Positions 40,091 through 55,674 of a stretch of DNA of 64,000 bases are shown here, in pieces. The position numbers and the translations under genes are program-made. Below the pieces are notes generated by a model. It worked only from the letters and a program-made list of their open reading frames with translations. It made no database searches and had not been told where the DNA came from. Origin of the DNA: Chrysomallon squamiferum (taxonomy: Eukaryota; Animalia; Mollusca); the NCBI GenBank assembly GCA_012295275.1, contig CM022667.1, forward strand, positions 14,570,001 to 14,634,000, written 5' to 3'. Each line of letters opens with the position of its first letter. Within the stretch, counting starts at the first letter, position 1.

Positions 40091-40779
40091 AAACAATTCT
40101 TATACCAATACGTCCATACAATTAATAAGGAAGCGACGTTTCAAACTGTTTGACACAAACGTAAAACGAACCTGACTGCAACCAGGCTCAGCTTCTGCTT
40201 CTGACCTTTGGCTAATCTGCACTGTGTATCAACGAGCTTAATTGCAGCTCTCACTGGCTAATTAAGCGAAACAAATTCAATAGAAATGAAATATTTATCT
40301 ACTTTCGATCCTCCAGGGTTAACGACGTGCCTACGTTTTGCGCGAACTCATCCATTCAGCAAACACATGGTTTTTTTGAGCGCGACAAAATCATTTCTAT
40401 AAAAACATTTGTTTAGTGTATTAGCCTGCTGGCTGATCTGCAGATAAACAGAACGGATCCCAGCATCAGCTGTTTGCAAAACAGGGACATCTGTAAATCA
40501 GTAGACATGGTGCTGATGGTAATAAGCTGGAGGTGATGGTTGTAGTGATGTCGTCGTGGTAATGGTGGTTGTAGTTACGTTGCCAAGGATAGTTCTTGTT
40601 TCTATAGCTATTTTATATATATATATATAAAATGACAATAGTAGAATATATAAGTTGTATAGTGATGATGATGATGATGATGATAATGATGACGTATATA
40701 AGATGAATGTAACAACAACAACAACAACAACAGCAACAATAATAATAATAATAACAACAACAACAACAACAACAACAAC

Positions 40780-40822
<43 letters not shown>

Positions 40823-42199
40823 TTAAAGATGAAATTATAATGATGATGGTGACAAAAAGCAATATATAATTGTGAAGAAGAAATGACTTTTCCTGTTTAA
40901 AATTTGAAGATAATGACATCAATATGATACATAAATTGCATTTCTACAAATAGACGGTTTGATTGCGCTAAATTTCCTCATTTAAAAACTTGCTTTTGGC
41001 AATGATGTTGATTAATCTTTTTTTTTTCTCTCTATCTTTCTTTCGTCACTAAAACCTTTTCGATTTTGAGTTATTGAAAAATCTTCATCCGAAATAGACC
41101 CGTACCGTACTTACGACTAATATCGAATGTGACGTAGCAGTCCTAAATTCCAGTAAACAAATAAAGTGGAAAATAACGCTTAGATTATTAATAACTCGAG
41201 TACATCGTGTAAACATATAGTGGGCGTAGCTTCATTTTGATTCCTGGGGGTTGTATTGGGGCCCATCACATGGACTAAAAATAGTGTACAATTTCAATAA
41301 CTTAAATGTCATAATATAGAATATTTCTCTGTTTTTTTTTCCATTTCATTCTATGACCGTGCGTATATTAAAAAAAACCCTATAGTATAATAGCATTTTT
41401 GTTTCTAACCTAAATAATTCTACTGAAATAAAAATGAAATTTCTTACCATTTACATTCACGAAAGCAAGTCACAAGAGTTAACACTAGTTGTTATAACTG
41501 AAGTTAACTACATTTTTATCTGATCCATTCATATATTATTTTTTAAGACTTTAAGGACATAAAACACAACAAAACTTTATTTTACACTCGTTTTCTTATG
41601 ACGATATACAGAGAAACATCCAGAACATTAAATGAAATCCATTAAGATGGCTTAGACACGAACAAATTGCCTCAATAATTAATAATTCCAAGATAAATTG
41701 GACACTAAGTATGACGTAAGTATCTTAATTAGGTTACGTTGCTAACTGTGGAGGTGACAACGGTTGCCTGTCTCAGAAATAGTCCACTAATGAACAGACT
41801 GATATAGACATTTCAGATTACATGTGGTATACAAGAATTAACTTAAAATTAACGAGATGAAGGTGACACAAGTATTGCAACATTTTGTTTCCTTCTTTTT
41901 ACCGTCTTATCTTATTTTCTTTCTTTTTACCGTCTTATTTTCTTTCTTGTTTAGTTGTTTTTAGTTTCTGTATCTCTCTGTGTTTCTTTCTTAATTCAGT
42001 TTCTGATACGCAAAAATCATCCGTTTGAATGTTATTTTAAAATGAGTATCTTTATAGGTGTTCTTTTATTCATTCTTTCTTTCCTTCACTTACTATCTTA
42101 ATTTTTCATTCTTCATCTCTTTCTTTAGCTGACTTACAAAAAATCTACATCCAGTCTCTCTTTCTCTGTCTGTCTGTCGCGCTCTCTTTCTCTCTATCT

Positions 42200-42330
<131 letters not shown>

Positions 42331-43518
42331 TTTCTCACAGTCTTTTTCTCCTTTTCTCTGCCTGCACGAATTTCCTTGTATTTGTATCTTCACATTCTTC
42401 ATTTCTGTCAAAACAAACTCACCAAGCTGAAGAGATAACCAACACTCATAAACACGACGTTTGACGGACAGCAGTTTGCGAGTCGAGTGGAACTCTTCAG
42501 TGGAATAACGAGGCGAAATTAATTTGTTCAATCTCTGCTAATTATAGAGAGAAGTGGCCGCAAAGCGAATGTTCCCGGCTCAGGATCCTTCCAGAAATGA
42601 TGACTTTGGGGTGTTTGGGAATTTGAGGGTCGACGGGGTGATTTTTTCCCCCATACCAATAATTTGATTTCTGTTCTCATTTAAATAACGTAATGGCTGA
42701 AAGTTTATCGATGTTGTGGTGGGAAAGGAAATAAATATGTCTAATGACTGAACAAAATGACAGAGTGGATAAATGTGATACTAATATGAGAATAGAAATT
42801 AGTGCACGAAAGGCGTCAACAGAAGAGCTACGATGTCATTTCAACTGTCGTGCTTTTATTAAAAGCAGAGAGCAACACAGCAGAATCAGAACCACACCAT
42901 TGCCGTCACGAAAATAATTAATTCAATAAAAAGAATAGCAAGAGCTATGTCTATGATTGAAAAAATGATGATTATGATGTTGATGATGATAATAGATGAT
43001 GTTATTAATAATAACGATGATGATCATGATGTTAAATGAAGAAGCTAAACATGATGGTGTTGATTATTACTTTAATTGCAATGAACGCTTTAAGTCGACA
43101 AAAGCAGTAATATAAATATATTCCAATCCTCTAGAACGATATTTATTTGTTTGTTTGTTTGTTTATTTATTAAATCTATATAAAACACATCAAAATATGA
43201 AACCGTAAATATCAAACTGTCTGGCTGAAATAACTTTGCTGTTATTGGTCTTAAAACTAATCCTAACTTTTTGTAACATAAACCCTTTTATTGTTAATCA
43301 AAAGACTGGGGAGGGCGGGGGTTTCTTCTTCTTTTTTTTTCTAATGTAATACGGCAAAAGACCCGTAAAACAATTACTTTCTTTTTTTCGTGAAGCTTTA
43401 CAACGAAACCGTATGTCTTCATGTTTTTCTACATTAGTGAAATTACTGTTCCGTCGTATTGAATTTAATTATATATTAAATGCAGTTTGTCTGTATCTAT
43501 CTGTGTCTGTCTGACATT

Positions 43519-43570
<52 letters not shown>

Positions 43571-44153
43571 CTGAAGCTATAACTCGATATTTCTCTTCCA
43601 GTTTCTTTGATGTCGATGATATTTCAGGGTTTAATAACTTCTTCAGTTTTCTTCGATTCTATTTATTTATTTAAAAAAAATTCACGCATTAGTAAAACAT
43701 AACATTATCTCCACTACAATAGAAGTTATTATTCCACACTGCATGTACAACTACAGAGAAACAGCAAAACGGCTGAGAACCGTTAATAATTCGCTTTACT
43801 TTCACTAGATAACCGCCTTTACCTGCATGTAGGCCAATCGCCTATTATTTCCCTTAACGAGTTCAGGGAAGATGATAATAACGGTCTTCCGTAGTTCTTA
43901 ATCGGCTTACTTATGTAGCGAAGACGTGACAACGACCACGACAGCGTCTCCGTGGAGAAACAGATATGATATAAGTTTCTGGATCTTCTTCTATCGAGTT
44001 TTTCCATAACGACGATGCATGCGACAACTCTTTGTGAAGAAATAGAAACGGCATAAGAAGATGGATCTGCTGGGATCGAACCTTCCTTATCGATTAAGTT
44101 TAAAACTAATTTGAAATTCCAGACAACTTACACAACAGCCTTTTTTGTTTCTT

Positions 44154-44285
<132 letters not shown>

Positions 44286-44554
44286 TTGTTGTCTCTGCCT
44301 TTATTTATGTATTCATTTATTGTTGTTGTTGTTATTATTATCGTCATCATTTAGTATTTATTAAGTACATATATATAATAAAAACAATATTTTCATTTAC
44401 AATGTCAACACCTAATCACAGACCATTCAACTCTCTCTAAACTCTTAGCTAAGCCACAGAGCACTGCTATGCTAGAAAGATCAAAGAAACTATGAAGATG
44501 ACAACAACACGGAACAAAAAAAAAAAAAATAATGATAAAAAAAAATAATAATTT

Positions 44555-45040
44555 CCAGTGACCTTCACCCCTATAAAGAGTCAATTAAACCATCGCCAAA
44601 TGGAAAGCATTGAAGACGAATTAGACGGCAAATGTGACAGGCGCGTTCACAAAGCCATAATGTTGTCAGTCTTTCCCCGTAACGATCACTCAGCCAGAAA
44701 ATTCAACAAAATACATTTCATTAGCAGACGCCATTTTCCCTCTCTTATCAGCCGGCGCTTGTCCGAGACGTACAAAGTGCCGCATTGTGACCGCTGAATG
44801 AATCTGAAAATTACTCCGATTCCGCATGTTTCACGCGAGTAAAAGACGACGTTCGGAAGATACGTACAACGTCTCCTCCAGAGACGCCGTGCGCAGACGT
44901 CGTTTGACGACTCCTCGGCCGCCAGCCTAATTAACAGAGATGTTGAAGCATTTTGTGAAACCATTAACGCCAGGCTAATGGTTTCGATTAAAGCGATGTG
45001 CGGCGGTTATGGTAATGAAAAATTGTCGTACGAGGCATTT
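44555..45040. promoter_or_regulatory. CpG-rich, repeat-free island; candidate enhancer or conserved non-coding element
   Basis: High complexity and CpG density relative to the flanks; TGACAG, CGCCATTTT, TAATTA and an inverted TAATGG pair; no credible ORF. Confidence 0.35.
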
Positions 45041-46236
45041 TTTTTCTTCTTATCATATTTCATGCTGTCTGGTATGGAAAAAAATAGAAAAAGAAAAAGA
45101 AAAAAAGCTGGCGTGTACTGCACTGCGGGGAGAAAAACGAGATTTGTAAAAGATTCTTTTTTTGTTGTTGTATAACAAATGCGTGGTCTCGGAGGAACAA
45201 TTGTCTAGACTGTAGAATTAATGATTGTGGATGTCGCGTTAAGAAACTCAAATTCATACTCTAAGATAAATACGTTCGCCTTTTTTTTTTTCTCATATCG
45301 ACATTAACCTCTTATTATTGTTATTTTTTTTTAAAGTTTTAGCCATTTGTCTGTACAAAACATAAAAAAAAAAAAAAAAATTGAATTAAAAAAACGTATT
45401 GTACAGGTGAAAAGAATTAAATCACTGTCGTTTAAATTACTTTACAAAGAGCTGACCATTGTTGTAATGTTGGCTCGTATATTCGTTTACAAAATATTTG
45501 AGGTATTGCTACGTTACAGTCTCACTGACGTTACAAATAACATAGCTGTTGTAACAACGTTGACACGTAGTTTTCATTACGTTACCAAAAGCCGAACAGC
45601 TGTTTCAGCACAGAAACGTATTTTTAAATTACGTTACAGCTGTATTTATTACGTTACTGCTTTACTGCGGTAAACTGAAGTGAATTTACTAGGTAACGAG
45701 CTTCTTTTAGAATATACAAAGTAACCAGTAACACGTAAAGTTATGATGATACTGTTCTTTACGGTGTCGTTAAACTGCATAGATCTTTGTAACAGTCTGC
45801 GTAGCTGCTCTATATATGTTTACTTAAAATCTGTTTGTAACGTCGTTATAATATTACACTGGCTTCTTATTACGAGTTACTAACGTCTTGTTAACGTACA
45901 CGCAGATGTTATTAATACATTATGAGGAAATGTGTATAAACTGATTAATCTATCAGGATTCATTAGCTATACTAAAATCTGTTTAATATTACAGTTATAT
46001 TAGGGTTTTCTTTTTTTTTTTTTTATTCTTAGTAGATTAGTTTTCATATCATCTTTTTAATTTGTTTAAAACTTAATTTAATTTAATCGGAACCAGCGTT
46101 TGAGGGACTAGTATTATGTCATAAACAAGCAACATTTTGTTGTTTTGTTGTTGATATCAACATCATCATCATCACCATTATCATCTTCATTATTATTATT
46201 ATTATTACAGCAATACAAAAAACAACAACAACAACA

Positions 46237-46267
<31 letters not shown>

Positions 46268-46851
46268 TTTTTTACTAATGTTACAACTACCACTAATAAT
46301 AATAACAATAACATTTAACAGAGTATCACCTCCTAAACTGAATGATGATGATAATGATAATGATGACGATAAAGCTAATCATATGATCACAATGGCAGTG
46401 ATAATGACTGCGATGGCACCATCATCACCACCGTTATCATCATCATCGTCGTCAATTTACTAGGTAATAATCTATCAGTCCACTGAATGATTAATACTCT
46501 GAACATTTATATCGGCTTGGCTGCTTTCCAGGTCTATTATAACTTAACATCATATAAATCACGTTTTCTTCTAACGACCTATATTACGTTGCACGGATAT
46601 GGCATTAACTCTGGACATTGGCAGCAGTATTTGACACATATTAAGTTACACAGACTTATATTAATAGTGATTCTAATGCATGTAACTCGTATTTGCATTG
46701 ACAGTTACAGTGATTTGTATTAATAATGGTTTCATTGCAAGTTATAGATTTGTACTGAATATCTGCAGCATACACAATCACATTCATATATACTAGGCAC
46801 GTAGTTCGTACATACATATCTTCACAGATATATATATATATATATATATAC

Positions 46852-46930
<79 letters not shown>

Positions 46931-47893
46931 AACAAAGAAATTAAAACAGACAGAACTGTATGAAAAAAAAAAAAAAAACAGCAATAAAAAATCAAGACAC
47001 AAATTAAATTAGTGACAACGAGCACATAAACTATTGCGCAAACATGACAGATTTATTGATCGGCTGGAAAAAACATATTAACTATTCATAAGCTTTAATT
47101 GGAAAAAGAAAACTAAAAAGCAAAAAAAAGAAAAGAAAAGAAATAGAACTGTATCAGTTGTCTTCACAAATATTACCATTTTATTATTGCTTGGTGTTGA
47201 GTTCTTCGCCGTAAAGGTCAGCATTGTTAAATTTAATTTTAATTTTAAACAAATTCGTGACGATTTTCGTCTTTGTCATGTCGTTTTTTCGATGATATCC
47301 GCTAATCACGAAATGATGCGAAAGAGTCCGTTGCGGTAACCGAGTGCAGTCGAAGTGTGCCGATTGCGCATCGTCGAAAGTTTAGCTAATCTGGGATAAA
47401 ATGTCTACAAATTACGTTTTCTAATGGCCTCAGCTTCGCGGTTTCGCCTAACCTGAAATTGTCGTCTAATTTGCAGAATATTTTCTGTTAGTCGACTGCT
47501 ATTTATTCCTTTTCGTTTCATATATAATGGATTCTTTCTGCATGTAAATGGTGCCTAATTCCGCGATATTAGTTTTCGTTATAACCGCATGGCTCTTATA
47601 AATTGAAAAATCACTCGTGCTTCTCTTGTATTACCTTCTACGTGTACCAGGTTATTTGCGCCACAGAAAAATTACGTCCCGTTAAATGATTTATTTTTAA
47701 GGCTGATTTTCTTTCTTTCCTCTTCTTCTTCTTTTTAATTTCGTTCCTTATTATTATTATTGAGGTTTTTTTTATTTTTGCTTGTTGATAAAATATTTAG
47801 AGACAGACTGAATAGATTCTGGTTTTCAATTCAGAAAACTTATAAAAAAATATAATAAAAAGAAAGAAAAATAAAAGAGTGAAACCAAAATAT

Positions 47894-47947
<54 letters not shown>

Positions 47948-48085
47948 TATGAATAGTGAGTGTGTATATAATGTATATTTATATATAGGTGTGCGTGTGT
48001 GCGTGCGCTCGCACCTCGTGCAAGGAGATGTATCTGTGCGATGCTAGTGTGTGAACGTGTGTTTTGTGGTGTGTCTGTCTGTGTA

Positions 48086-48121
<36 letters not shown>

Positions 48122-48774
48122 GAAGAATAACAGACTTCAACATAAAATTAATTTAAATCAGTTTAATTTTTTACGAATTTCCACATGCATCGAAACTAGA
48201 ATAATAATGACAGCTACAAATCAGATATGATTAAAAACGCATACATGGTAATATCAGTAAACAAAGGAAGCAAATATTTATTTTTATTTATGTACTATCA
48301 ATAAAATAATACAACAAACCTGTCACAGAGCGAAAAAAGTTCATGACACCGTTTACATCATTAACAAATATTATAATAAAATAAAAAAAAAAAAACGGAA
48401 AAGAAAATTTCCCTATAATATTATAGTTAGACATCAAAAAGACCGATTGCTTTAATACTCTGAACTCGATTTCCGTTTTTATTTCGGGATCTCATTTGAT
48501 CATTGAGAAATGTTGTTGATATTTCGGGAATCCAATCGTGCATGTAAATATTGAAGTATTATTTCATATCTGAAGGGGAGAACAGTGTTTGTTTTTGTTT
48601 GTTCACATCACAAGCGACAGCGAATATTTAACGAGTGTGAACGACTTTTCACTGCTCGAATGACGGTCAAGTTATGACGTTACTGAAAAACAGAGCCGAT
48701 GCTAGGCGTCATTATTAAGTGATAACGTGATTGTAAAAACGACTGACTGCTACATCAAAATCAAAGTTAATTTG

Positions 48775-48884
<110 letters not shown>

Positions 48885-49300
48885 CTGTATCTCGCTCAAT
48901 CTGTCTCTTGAAATAATTCAATGTCCAAAACAAATATATATATATATATATACTAAATACAAAAAACATTATAAAAAAAAAAAAAAAAAAAAATACATAA
49001 AGACAACAAAACTACCACCCCCCCTAACAACAAAGAATTATCTTGGAAATCATTAAATTAAATGATCATGGTATGGATACATTTTTTTTTGTGTTTTTTA
49101 AATCTTCTTTATTCATTACATAACGAGACACCGTCTTCAGTCTAGCGGAATAAAAAAATAAAAGGAGGAGACGAAGAAGAAAAAAAATAATAAAAAAATC
49201 GTAATGCGCTTATTTAAATCATTGGTGAAAATCCCGTTCTTATTCATTATGCGAGGACACAGTCGCACATCCTGTCTGACAAACATAGCAATGTTATTTT

Positions 49301-49350
49301 TAGATTTACGAGTTAGAGGTTGTGAGTTCGTAACCCGTGTACGTCAGTCC
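49301..49350 (+). mobile_element. Degenerate tRNA-like or SINE fragment (anticodon arm to B-box)
   Basis: AGATTTACGAGTTAGAGGTTGTGAGTTCGTAACCC resembles the tRNA 3' half GAGGTNGTGRGTTCGAATCCC; no clear A-box. Confidence 0.35.
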
Positions 49351-51080
49351 TGAATATTGTGATTAGTTTTTAAAGTAATTAAAGTTTTTACTGTTTTTAG
49401 AACAAACGCAGCGGTTTATGACGTATATAAACACAGACTGTGTGTATATATATATATATAAAGTCTACTTATACAAAATCAAACTAATTTTCAGAAAAGG
49501 AAAATTTGATTATTTCCTGAAATGTGTGTATTCTTTTGTGTAGGTGTGTGCGTGTGTATGTGTGAATTTGTAGGTATGTGTATGTGTTTGTATGTATATG
49601 TGTTTGTATATATATATATAAACACATATACATACATCCATACATAGGTACGTATTAATTCATTGTTAGTTGTAGACATACTATCGGTATACGTATTAAA
49701 CCTCTCATTATTAAAAATGCTAAACTAATCTGAAGCCGAGCATGCGACATTTGTTATAGCTCTTTCGATTTATTTTATTTCAGGAAAACTATTTGATCTG
49801 AAAGAATATTTTGAAAAATAGGAGAACAACTGACACTCCCGGCTTGTGGCTGATTATATTACAGTACAGAAATCGATTTAATTTTTTTTTTTTAAATCTA
49901 GATTTCATCTTTTAAACATGAGACTGACAAACAAATCGGATTACCTATCTAAACCGTGTTTAAGTTACTAAAATACCTCATTCTGTAATTACGTTACACA
50001 AATACAGCTACTGAAAATGAGACTACTGAAATTTCAAATAATTAAATTCGTTGATAGATTTGCTTATATGATGACATGACGATCTTTTAATACAGTTACT
50101 TTTTTTTAAATGAAAATAAATAGCAGCTGTACAGCATCACGTAATGCTATTTCTTAATATGTTGTCGTAACAGATATTTTGTAACGTTATATGTTAGATG
50201 AAAATAAATGTTATTATATATAAGAAAAACGAAAGTAAATAAAATAAAAGAAAATCCCCCAAAAACCAATAAAGACAATTATATATATATATATAAAGAA
50301 ACACACACACACACACACACATACATACACACACACGTATGTACCAGAATTCAAAAACAGTTTATAACTTACTGAAGATTATACACAACCACAACAACAA
50401 AAACAACAAAACAAAACAAAAGAAAGAAAATAAGTTTAAAAAAAATTGAACGTCATAAACACATTTCAGAATATCACAAGTACACTCAGTCATATTCATC
50501 TTACGTAACAATACAACTGCAACAAAAGAAACACTGCAGCAGCAACAACGACAGCAGTTGAAACAATAAAACAAATATAACATAGAACAATGTTTTAGTA
50601 TTATACGTGGGTCAAGATGTTAAAACTGAAAATACAATACATCTTAAGGCACAGTTCTGTTTTCTTAACCACCGTTCCAAATGTAATCAAACTACTAATT
50701 CAGAGAGAAAGAAATCCTTATATAATTTACAGCGTATAAATTAATTGTCTGGAAATACGCTAAATCTGAAAGTGAAGCTAGAGATCTATTTTAAACATTA
50801 GGCCAAAGTATATAAAATCACATACATATGATGAAAGAAAAACTCTCAAGAATTTTCCAGAAGTACTCGTAAGACAAAATTACTACTTGAAGTAAAGATT
50901 AGCTGAAAATATAAAATTATGTAATATAAAAATTGATAAACGTATGGAAATGATGTGAATATAAAAGTGCCGCTTGAAATGAAGGACGCATATCTAGAAT
51001 GGTCTAGCGCAGTAAATATAGTTTTTGAAATAATCGATGTTCAAATTATTCAAAAACTCATAGACACAAACAAGTAGACG

Positions 51081-51124
<44 letters not shown>

Positions 51125-51130
51125 ATGTAC

Positions 51131-51199
<69 letters not shown>

Positions 51200-51389
51200 T
51201 ACACATAAATACGTACTCACTTACACACATGCCTACACACACAAAAGCCCACATAAACAGATATACATCTACAGAGATACACACACACACATACAAACAC
51301 ACACACACACAAACACACACGCACACACAGACACACACACAAACACACACACAAACTCACACACACACACAACACACACACACACACAC
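51081..51389. repeat. Compound (TA)n(TG)n(TA)n(CA)n microsatellite
   Basis: Directly visible; the (TG)n and (CA)n arms are inverted around a (TA)n centre. Confidence 0.95.
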
Positions 51390-53047
51390 TGTAATAGTGA
51401 TAGATGTGTTCCGTGGTACAGTTATTAAATATCACTGACGTGAGCTAGGACATCCAGACCCTGGTGAATCTTATCAGCATTTATCACTCCATGATCCTAA
51501 CTCATTTCTTATTTCTTTGGATTTACATTAATCTGTCTCTCAGCCCTTCAGAAATCTTTCTGATTATGTATCAGTCATAGTATAAATGAAAACCTAGCGT
51601 TTGAAAATACATAACTCTCAGTAGCATTATTGAAAATTATTTTCAAAAATGTCCGTTCGAAATATATTACTCTCATAGACTAAAATTGAAATGTAACGTT
51701 GGTAAATATACTAAGCTAACTAATCAATACAAGTTTTCCAAATTGATTTAAACTATCGTAAAAATTAATATTAAAAATGCATCCATTCCAATCTGAAGTT
51801 AATAATATAGTATTAATACGACTTTTATGATTATTATTATTATTATTATTATTATCGTCATCATCATCATTATCATCATCATCATTTAGATTATAATCGT
51901 CATCATCTTCGTCATTATTATTATTATTATTAATATTATTATTACTGTTATTATTATTACTATTATTATTATCATCATTAACATCATCATCATCATTTAT
52001 TTATTTATTTATTTATTTATTCGTTGCTTCCTTCTCTCCTTCCTTCCTTCATTTATTCATTCGTCCATTCATTCATTGATCTGTATTATTTTAAACAAAG
52101 CTCGTGTTTATAAAAGTTTAACCACGGGGTTTTTCAAATTCAGCGAAAGACGCACGTAAACATCTTCCAAATAAATCAACTGTCAGGCAAACGTGTCAGA
52201 GAAACTGCACGACTCTGCCACACACAAAACAAACCACTGCCAGTGCATTTCAAAACTGCACTCTTATCAAATAATGAGAGAGATCTGATAATTAATCGAG
52301 AAGACCGGATGTTACGTACGGTCACGAGATACAGTTCGATCTGGAGTTTATTTAACTGCTGCAGTTAGAATACGGCAGTGCAGAAACAACGCTATAAATA
52401 TTTCCAGCTAATAATAAATCATGCAATTCAGTGTCTAGACCACATCTTCGGAAATAATTGTATTTACGGAAACGGACGAAATTAATGGCTCTGCACGTAA
52501 ATGTTGATTAAAGTGGATAAAAAGAAAAGAAAAGGAAAAAGAAGAAGAAGAAATAGAAGAAGAAGAAAAAAAAAAAAAAAAGAATGTGAAGAGAAGGTAG
52601 GAAAAAGAAGAAGAACTGAAAATGTTTAATAATTCACAAAACATCTACTTTGCTATTAGATTCTATTACACTGAGAACCACGTTCAAGGATGCAATTATT
52701 TCAATGTATATCTGAAATATCTGTCATGATTTTATTTTTTTATAGAAAAGCATACACTCGCCATATATATGCATACATACATACATACATACATACATAC
52801 ATACACACATAAATACATACATATATACATACACACACAACGTATAGAAGACATAATTAAAAATAAATATTTATGTATAACCCATCGCTATTCACAAACA
52901 TCTGATATTATCAAGATACTCATCGTAACAATATACACTTACAATCATTTATATATGTACATCATCTACTACCAATAACAATGCCTCGCATAGAATTAAC
53001 ACGAATACACGTAGCAACGACAATGTATAAGTGTAATAGAAGCGAAC

Positions 53048-53121
53048 AAATAAAATAAATAAAATAAATAAAATAAATAAAATAAATAAAATAAATAAAA
53101 TAAATAAAATAAATAAATAAA
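53048..53121. repeat. (AAATAAAAT)n 9-bp tandem repeat
   Basis: Alternating AAAT/AAAAT units. Confidence 0.9.
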
Positions 53122-53610
53122 TGACTTACCAAACATGACGAACATCCTTCACATTTTAGACGTAGTAAATCCAGTTATGAACAGTAAGTTTTCTATAAAT
53201 AAAGCTACCGGGTAGCGGCGTAAAAACAGTCTCATTGTTGACGTCATAAACGTTTTCGTAATAATTGTCGGAATGTGTCGTTACTATTCGGAAGCAATCG
53301 TGATATGTGGTATTTATTTATTTATTTATTTATTAAATTTTGTTGTTGTTCTTCTTTTTCTTCTTCTTATAATTATTTTGTTAATTAGTTCGTTACTATT
53401 TATTCATTTGTTTACATTAGAATTATTTGAAAAAATAAAAAAATAAAAACTAAGTAAAAATTAAAAATAGAAATAAACGAAATTAGATGATGTCATACTC
53501 ATAAATAGCTCTTACCTCATTAAGGACCTAACCATGTTAAGGAAATAAAATAAAATAAATGTGTGTGTGTGTGTGTGTGTGCACACATGTGTGTGTGTGT
53601 CTATAATAAA

Positions 53611-53652
<42 letters not shown>

Positions 53653-53665
53653 ATGACCCAGAACA

Positions 53666-53732
<67 letters not shown>

Positions 53733-55204
53733 CTAACACACACGCACACACGCATACACAAACTTCACCAACGGTCACCAGTGCAAATATATAAAAAAGG
53801 TAATTGCACACTGTTTTAGTACATTTTGATCGATATATTTGGATATAACTATTAATTCCCTACGTCTAAGCAAGCACCAAATGGACATTAACCAGCGAAA
53901 CAAATAAAGCAATCTACGGGAACAATATCTAATCCATGTATCGGCTTTAGTTTGTTATTTCTGCGAAATAGGGCTATAGTATTTACATTAATATCAAGTA
54001 AATCTGTCTGCGTAGTTAACCTTTGCTTGGCATTAACTGAGAGACGTCAACCTCACGAGAACTAAAATATGAATATTTTATATAAATGTGGATATGTATT
54101 GTTTTTTTAAATGTTTTTTCTTTTATCGTTATTTTATTTTTTGTGATATTTTTATTTCTGTATGGGCATTAATTTTCTGTCTGTTTAAGGAATGGATAAT
54201 GTATTAGTCGTTTTTTTTTTTTTTTTTTTTTTGTTGTTTCTCCTTCTTCTTCTTCTTCTTCTTCTTCTTCTTCTTCTTTCATTATTCCTGATTTCCTTTT
54301 CTTTTTTATTTATCATTTTCGTTTTTTACATTTTATTTTCTTTCTTTATTTGTGTTTATTCAAAAAAAACAACAAACAAACAAACAACAACAAAAAACAT
54401 ATATATATATATATATATATATTAAACATATAGAAGGATGAAGGAAGAAAATAACAAACAACAGCTATTAACAAAACAAAAAAACAAAAAATTAATAATA
54501 ATAAAAAAAAAAAAAAAAAAAAAAATAAAATAACAAACAATAACATATCTAATATTCTTGTATTTCCTATTTGTTTTCATTTAAAATTCCATCACTTCAT
54601 GAAATAAAATTAAAAAAGAAAATTTATCCCAGAATGAAACTTAAAATGTTTACTTATTTGTTACGGGATGCACATGTTGTGAAATAAAATAAAGAAAATT
54701 TAAGAAACGGGATTCTGAAATATAATATATACAAAAATAATGATTGAAAGTCATACTCCTTTCATATCACTCCTACATTTTGACTCGCGTTCTGCATTCT
54801 AAATATAATCTTTCGAAATTATATCGTTTATTTTTTTTTTTATCTTTAGCGCTGAATTCTTCTTCTTCTTCTTCTTCTTCTTGTGTCACTCTGAGTGTAC
54901 GTGACCACGTATTTTTGATAAGACGATCATTTTTCCGATTAAATCCTTCTCAATCATAAAGCTTCCACCAAATCTCACCTCTTCGTTTGGGTACATCTCA
55001 CTGCATCTCGCCATATTATCGTCTAATCGCTATTTCCGCGCGTGCCTTCTGCCACGTTGAATCTAATGAGAATGTTTGGCCTTGACCTTTGTCGCGCGAC
55101 TTTTTGCTCGACTCGGATGTTTTGCCGTAAAAACGTTGACACGGGGTTGACAGCTTCACGGAAGACACTCAACGATAATGATGACGGTCCTGGCGTTGAT
55201 GATT

Positions 55205-55240
<36 letters not shown>

Positions 55241-55310
55241 TCGTCGGTGTCTGAGAGGATATTAAAACTCGTCTGTGTTTTTTTTAGATTAGCTGATTAC
55301 AGCTGACATG

Positions 55311-55341
<31 letters not shown>

Positions 55342-55587
55342 CATACACACACACACATACATACATATACACACACAAACACATAGACACATATATTATC
55401 AAGTATCAGGGTATTGTTTTAAAACTGTATAGTGTAAGTTATCATAGACTGAAGGAAAATAACATCAGTGGCTATTGTTTCTGTGTTGTTTTCATTCTTA
55501 CTTTCTTTAAGTCTCTCTTCACTTGCTTTCGGTTTTCTTTTTATTTATTTATTATTTTAAACCATTTTTTACCTTTTCTGATTACAT

Positions 55588-55674
<87 letters not shown>

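Noticed and set aside
41218-41270. hAT-like terminal inverted repeat (TAGTGGGCGTAGC...GGGGG)
   Set aside because: No matching opposite end found in the window.
43819-44082. Minus-strand 62-aa ORF ending near CAG|GTAAAG, and an isolated B-box GGTTCGATCCC (44072-44082)
   Set aside because: No recognisable homology or acceptor; the B-box has no A-box or cloverleaf.
44558-44797. 79-aa ORF (MESIEDELDGKCDRR...)
   Set aside because: Short, with no known domain and no splice signals; expected by chance in a GC-richer island.
45516-45529. 14-bp exact match (ACAGTCTCACTGAC) to a unit of the 18-bp minisatellite
   Set aside because: Single short match with no extension; compatible with chance.
55042-55254. 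Acidic poly-Asp ORF
   Set aside because: A (GAT)n microsatellite supplies the acidic tail; the remainder is unrecognisable.
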